Source: Yuukianura sp. NJ FZ-2021
Taxonomy: Eukaryota
Direction: 5' to 3'
NCBI GenBank assembly: GCA_046563655.1
Contig: CM102283.1
Coordinates: forward strand, 6,448,001 to 6,512,000
Length of the DNA: 64,000 nucleotides
Both the position numbers and the translations under genes were made by a program. Below are positions 57,501 through 64,000 of the stretch, one piece after another. Positions within the stretch are counted from its first letter, which is position 1; every line of letters starts with the position of its first letter. The notes under the pieces are model-generated. The model did not search any database. It saw only the letters and a program-made list of their open reading frames with translations, and had not been told where the DNA came from.

Positions 57501-60500
57501 GACCCCTTCAACAAAATTGAATTCTTAAATATTTAGGCCGCTATTGAATTGACTATTTAGATTTTCATCAGATCAAATTTTAGGCAGTTTTGAAGAATTT
57601 ACAAATTTTGGAAAGTTAGAATTTTCTGCTTTTTAGACTGAGATAACTAAGTATTTAGATTTGTCGACATCCAAATTTTTAGTTTTAGTCAGTTGAAATT
57701 TCGGATCTACGGATTTGTAGTTTTCCATATTTCTGACGGTGGTATTAATCGCTGAAAAGCCAGCTTTGATCGGTTTCTGAAGAAAGTGAGCGGAAGGAAG
57801 AACTGCATCTTTTGAGTAATTTTGTCAGGAAAGGCGTCCTTGTCCAAAGTGTCTTTCTGCTGCCATGGTTCCAACGGAAGTGGAGTCAAACGGAATAAGA
57901 CACTTCCTCACCTGGAAACGAGGAGAGCAGGGATCGTTCCCACGGCTACCCCTACTCACTCCTTCCTCATCTTCCATCGATTTCCCAGGATTTCGAGTAG
58001 GAAGGAAGAAGGAAAATGAATTATAACTTTCACTTTCATGCTGAAGTGGTTCAAGTGCCCCATAAAAGGTCCATGGAGACTTTCACCATGTAGACACAAC
58101 CTTCTGCCCTCAATAACACTAACCACATTACTCATAAATCAAACAGCAAAAACTTTCAAATGTCCCACCACTCCACTTTTGGCGCTAAAGGGAACCGTGC
58201 TAGCGAAACCTTCAAGAGCTCTTCCACTCCAAAACGAAATCTACCAATCCAATTGGATTTTGGAATTAGTAGGATTAGAAGCCGCTTTCTCCTTCCAGGA
58301 AATCCGAGTCAAAATTTCAACTTTTTTGGAAAAGTACAAATCAGTTTTCAGTCCCCTTGCCATTAGTCAAACAAACTTGAGAGAAGGACTGTCGAGGACA
58401 TGACTTTTTTCAAAGTCGAAATTTGGCGGGATAAAATTTTCTTCACTTTGATTTCAAAACATTGGCAGTACAAAGTTTTAGTTCAGAAAAGCGGGGAGAC
58501 AGAAAAACTTGGACTAGAAAAGTGGTCGTGTGTGGCACCAAACTTTTCTTAAGCAAACTTTTTTCACTTCCGCTGCCTTTTTGGTTTTGAAAAAAGCCGT
58601 GTTAGGATTTGAAAAAAAAAGTTAACACGAAAAAAGAACATCGCGAGGATCCGTGAGTTTAAAAAAAATGAAAGCAAGGAAATTTCTGGTTCGACAATTT
58701 TAAAATTTAAATTCCATTCACCTCCCACCAATAAAAATCACAAAAAAAAATCTTTTTAAATAAATTAACTTAGAGCTTCCATTATGTTAGTACTTTCTTC
58801 AAATTTTGATTTTACTCCATTAAGTTTTTCAGAATAAATTGAACTGATTGAATTGTTCAATTTTTCAATTTCGTGTAAATCCAAAATTTTGTATTTCCTT
58901 TTCTTTTTTTAAAATAAAAAATTCTTACTTCTCCATGAAATTTTATTTTCTAAGTCTGTTAAAAGAAAGTTTTTCAAAAAAATTGAAAAGAGATCCACGT
59001 TTTATCCGATGTTTGTTGACAAAGAACAAGAGACTTACAGGAAAAGCGTGCCCTCAGGCCTCTCTGTACGTGAAATCCACTTTCTTCCTTGCTTTCACCT
59101 TCAACAACTCAATTCTTCCTCTCTTTTTGAATTTTATTCCATTTTGGCGCCTTTTCCTCTCTGCAGTGTTTTGTACTAAGCTTTTAGGAATCCTGTTCAA
59201 CAACAAATTGGAATGTGGGACGGAATTTTAAATTTTTACTTTTCCAAAAACATGTCCTCTTTTTCATGTCCAAAAGTTAAACATTATTTTTGTGTATTTG
59301 GAAAGTGCGAGAGTACGGTAGTATTACGTTGCTATTTGGAACAAACGTACAATCGGAAATTGGAAATGCAGTAACCCATAGGTTTAGAGTACGACGGTAA
59401 GAGTTGGATTATGAATGGGTTTTGGGATGCCTGTTGGAATGGATTACGAATGGCTCAAAGTGGATTTTGGTTATGCCGTCGTACAGCTGAATGAGAAGCA
59501 GCGACGTTTTCGCCAGAGCCGAGGAAGATAAAAGAGAAAGCCCATGAAGCGCTGGCTGCTTTACAAGAGCTAGGGCTAGTTCTCCCTTGGCGAAGCGCTT
59601 TCTCATCGGGATGAAAAAGAAGAAGGTAAACGTGATATTTGATTAAAAGTCTATTCTAGGTTTTAATAATAGGCTCATGAATTTTGGTGAAACGTGAACG
59701 GAGAAAGTACAAAGGGAATTGAGCATTTTAAGCTCAAAAGATATTAGGCACAAAGTAAGAATTTTTTTTTCAAAGAAATTACTTTTGACCAGGTCAATTC
59801 CAATTTCAAACGCTTTTGAACCAACTTGCACACGTTTTCAATTTTGGAGGGTAAAACCTTGATTGAGCGTTTTGAAGTGGCACAACTTTCTCCATTTTCA
59901 GAAGGCACTTAGCACTACCACAACGAATGAAAGCTAAGGTTCGTTTTTACTTTTTAGCTTTACTTTTAAAAAAAAGTTTTTACTTTTTCATTTTTTTCGG
60001 ATCAAGATCAGCTTTATTCTTTACTTTCTCTTCCTCCGCTGATAGTCCTTTTCCAAATTGAATTTAGATTGAAGCTCAGGCACGGAGGACTCCAAAGATC
60101 GTCCTGGACTTCGTTGTTCGCATTGTGATTTTGGAAATGGAAGAAGCGGGAATAGTTGAAATTGAATCTTAAGGGTGAATGGGAGTGGAAGGTGGTGGTG
60201 AAAGTAAATCATTGTTCATCTCCCACTGTACTATTTCACTTCTGCTCCAAAATGGAGGTAATAAATGTCAACTCGAGGGAAAGGAACTAAAAAGTAGTAC
60301 TCCCTTATTCCCACATCCCCAAATGACTTTTCTCCACAAATGCAAACTAATTAGCGTCTTCATTAACGCCTAAGCTTTCTAGAACTAAAAAAAAATTGGG
60401 CACGTACTTCATCATGTCAGGCGTGAAAACATTTTCAAAAAAGTTTTCTTCAAAGTTTTCAAAGTTAAAAATTAAAACATTGATGGATGCGATTTTCAAA

Positions 60501-63500
60501 AAGTTACAACTTTCTCATTTACTCAAACCCAATTTTGTGTGGTGAAGGAAAAAATTCTTTTTAATTTTGAAAAAAATCAATTAGGTTGAAGCTTTACATA
60601 TCAATTACCAAAGGTAGTCGGTGATTGACGCTACTTTTTTTGTTGGTTTGATCCGTTCGTTGTTTTTTCTGAAAATTGGAAAATTGGCGAAGGTTTGTGG
60701 CCAAATGTGACTTTTGGTGAATAGAGTGGAATTACTTATTGAACTTGTGCAAATATTGATTGAAAGAAGGCAGCATCTGTGTGGGAAAGGTGTCAACGTT
60801 AGAAGAATAAACAGAAGACTACTAGAAGCTCCACAGTCCTCCGAAAAAGGCAGTTTCGTCTTTTCGACTTGAATTATCCAGAAGCGGGCGAGAAAGTGAC
60901 AGTGACAGGAGAGGGATGAAAAATGACTAAAGAACTCATAGACTTTTCGACCAAAAGTCTATAAATAATAATATCTTTCTCAAATGCCAAGTTTCCTTTT
61001 CAAACGGCGGGTGTCAAAACCCCAAAAGTTGTTTCTTATCTTTATTGCCCGTTTCCAAACTAATCTTTCACAAATTAGGCAAATGTTGAGCAATTAAAAT
61101 GGGATTTCAAAAGTACCGCCAAAAACAGAAAAATTATTTAACAGCAAATGGCACCAAAACATCACATTTCAAAAATTGGTTTCTTTTTAAAACAAAATAT
61201 ATCAATATTTTGAAACACCGAAGCATTCCTAGCTATCTTCATTTTTTGGAGCAGTGAAAAATTCGTGAGATAGTTTTTCACTTTCTTAAAAATAACTAAC
61301 ATGACGTCAGAATTTTGGTTGATTTTTTATAAGAAAAGTTGCGTCTTTCAAATTAACTTTAAGGAAAGTAGTTTTCTGAACATGTTCTGAACAATTTTCG
61401 TAATTTGGCTAGTTTTTGTTAATTAACTTTTGTGTTAGATTTTGAATACATGCCGGATATTACATTTTGAAGTGAAACACACGCAACAAGCAGCACTCGC
61501 ATCTTCACTAGTCACTACAACTAAAGCTTCTAGTAAATTAGTTTCTTATTGTTCTCCCTTTTAATTAGTTTCCCGAACAGAGCTTTAGTCCAACCAAAGT
61601 CCTTTCGAACAAAGCACAAGGTTCGCTTACCTAACCCATAGTTTAGAACGTTAGGTTCGCCTAGCCTAATGTAAAGTGTTAGGTTAGCCTAACTAACCTA
61701 AGGAGAAAGTGACTTTAACCGGATTTTGTACTTGTAAGTCCGTGGTTTGTGCTCAAATGAAAGATTTAAGACCCCTGGACCAAAAGGTCCGGATGTTTGT
61801 TCCTGCTTTCTACAAATCCTAGGATGAACAATGGTTCTGGAGGTGCAGGATTTTCCTAGACATGGCAAGCATAGCAATTCGGCGGATCCGTCCTGGAAGT
61901 AATAAGTGAAATTGGGCCGACATGGACTTTCACTTCAGTTGACGACTTGTGTCTGTCTGCTCGCGTTTGCTGCACAAGGACTACTCAGCACTCCTGGACT
62001 CTAGTAGCTGGAGACTAGAAGCAATCGAATGTAATGACAACGGTCCAGGTAATTCCAGGACTTGACATAAAAGGAAGGCATGGTCAACCTTCCAGGACGA
62101 CATGGCTTTTTCTTTCCTTTGAGGTCAAGGACTCTATGTGTTCACAAACCACACGCGTGGTCATAAGCACTACTGCTGGAATCTTTTTAGTCCACTTAGG
62201 AAAAAGTCTTTTGAAAGAGGGAAATGTGATTTCCAATTTCACAGTTCCTTACACACTCTACAAATTCATTCCGTGTCTTTGGAAAACCTTCTATCACTCC
62301 TCGTGCTTCAATCAAGCCTTTTCAAATCATAAAAGTACCTCATGCAGTTGTGATTGAAAAATGAGCACATCATTGGAACATGTAGCATTTTTTCAATAAT
62401 TAGGTTTGGTTTGTATAGTCGTACATAAGAAACTAACTTGAAAAAAATAACTTGGCTTACCAGTTTTATCAAAAACAGAATAAAAAGTAATTTTGTTTAA
62501 AAAAGATGGTTTTAATCCTGGTGCTTAATTTTGCCAATTTGAAAAACGTTTCAGAACTGCGTACGGTGTGTTTGTTTTGCCAAATTCCATCAAATGAGGC
62601 TTAAAATTTTGAAAAATTTCAAGAAAATTGAATTCGACAAAACTTTTTAATTCCAATTTAATAAAGAAATGCTCTCAATATTATTAGAAACAAAAGTTTC
62701 CAAAGAAAGTGCACCGGAAGAGAAAAAAAAAGTTTAAAAAAAAGTTTTTATTTAACTAAACTTTAAACTTTGAAGAAAAAATTAAATTTATAGCTTTGCA
62801 CAATGCAATCAATAATGACGCAATACGCCAAGCTATAAAAAAAATTCTCATGATTTTTCTTTCTTATAGCTTTCACATTTTGCGTACAATACCGTGAAAG
62901 TCTACAAAGTTCAAGATTTTGAAAATGACAAATCTAAGAACCGTAGGAAGTTGCTGATCACGTAGTTTTATCCTTTTGACCTTTCTCCAACGACTGTAAA
63001 AGTTAGGCTCCTAACTTTTGCAGTCTCTGAGGGCTTGGTAACCAAGACAACGAATAGGATTGAAGTCGTTTGGAGCCCTTAAGGTGTCATGTAACTGCTG
63101 GAGGGAGACAATGCCACTCGCTGTGACCTAAATGGGAATGACATTGTCATTCCGCCCAATTACATCCACTTCTTCCGTCCAATTACGCATTATGTCCACC
63201 GGACAAGAAACAACCATGTCTACCTCTGGACTCCATTTACTTTCTTCTTAGAACCAAGTTCTCCTTCAGTGTTGTCAGAAATTACAAAAGGACCTGTTGC
63301 AGAACGACAATTCAAAAGAAACCTTTCTCCGCTCAAATTCTCACGTTTGAACACTCCTGCTCTACTTAACTACCGTCTTTTGTCCACTTTTTAATTAAGG
63401 GAGCCATCATGTCAACTATTATAATCGAGAAAAATTGTGAACACGCGGCGCACGTATAGTCGCGTGTCATGACGCAAATGGCTCTACTCATACCGAAAAT

Positions 63501-64000
63501 CCCAAATTTTGGAAATTTTGAAACCCCAATAAAATTTCAATTTTTTGAAATAAATTGCGTTTGGCTTGTTATAACAAATTGGCGCCAATTTGAAAGTGAA
63601 AGTGTAGGTTTCTCGTTTCTACTTTCACCAATAATTCTAGATTTACACAATTAGCAAAGTTTTGACGCAACACTAGTGTTGGGTGACATGAAAATTTGAA
63701 ATTTGTGTGCCCCCGCGGGCTTTCGACTCTGTTGGGTTATACATGTAAATGCTAAAAGATACAAAGGTCAATGAGCTTGACTTCTCACATGAGCACATGA
63801 GCTCACGGATATCTCCAAATCACACAATTAGTCAGCCTATCCTCGTAAATCACTGTCCCATTTACTCAGCTTTACCAAATTGGACTCGCCACTTTACTTT
63901 CACAGTGGCTTTCCACTGCCTTTTACTTTCACCGTGTGGTTAAGGTGTCGTGTTCGTTAGGTTTTCTAGTCTAAGTTCCTGCCATTACGTTAGCCTAGAT

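Noticed and set aside
54547-62357. Scattered 60-177 aa ORFs in the right-hand region, including Ser/Pro-rich 56311-56493
   Set aside because: No recognisable domains or consistent exon chain; composition is typical of non-coding DNA.

Overview
Intron-rich, AT-rich eukaryotic DNA from an invertebrate, most likely an arthropod. A springtail-like hexapod is only an inference from gene content. The left 27 kb is a fast-evolving accessory region with six tandem + strand F-box/LRR-like paralogs, each with the F-box split by an intron at the same position. It also holds a 58-aa micro-gene with two DNxxNQxNPN repeats, a tRNA-like element, several MITE/foldback elements and an intronless divergent ionotropic receptor (IR)-like gene on the - strand. 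That IR gene is split by a very young 3.3-kb gag-only Ty3/gypsy-type LTR element (348-bp LTRs identical by eye, GTGG TSD, tRNA-Arg PBS, no pol). Positions 28056-48856 (- strand) hold a complete Cav2/cacophony-type calcium channel alpha-1 gene with an EEEE filter and a C-terminal DDWC. It has four pairs of tandem-duplicated, apparently mutually exclusive exons, a candidate recursive splice site and repeated AGGTCA DR1/IR1 motifs in its introns. The region 49-64 kb is non-coding (5' intron or upstream DNA) with a few non-autonomous DNA elements. All gene models were built by hand from GT-AG sites and reading-frame continuity; no database search was run.
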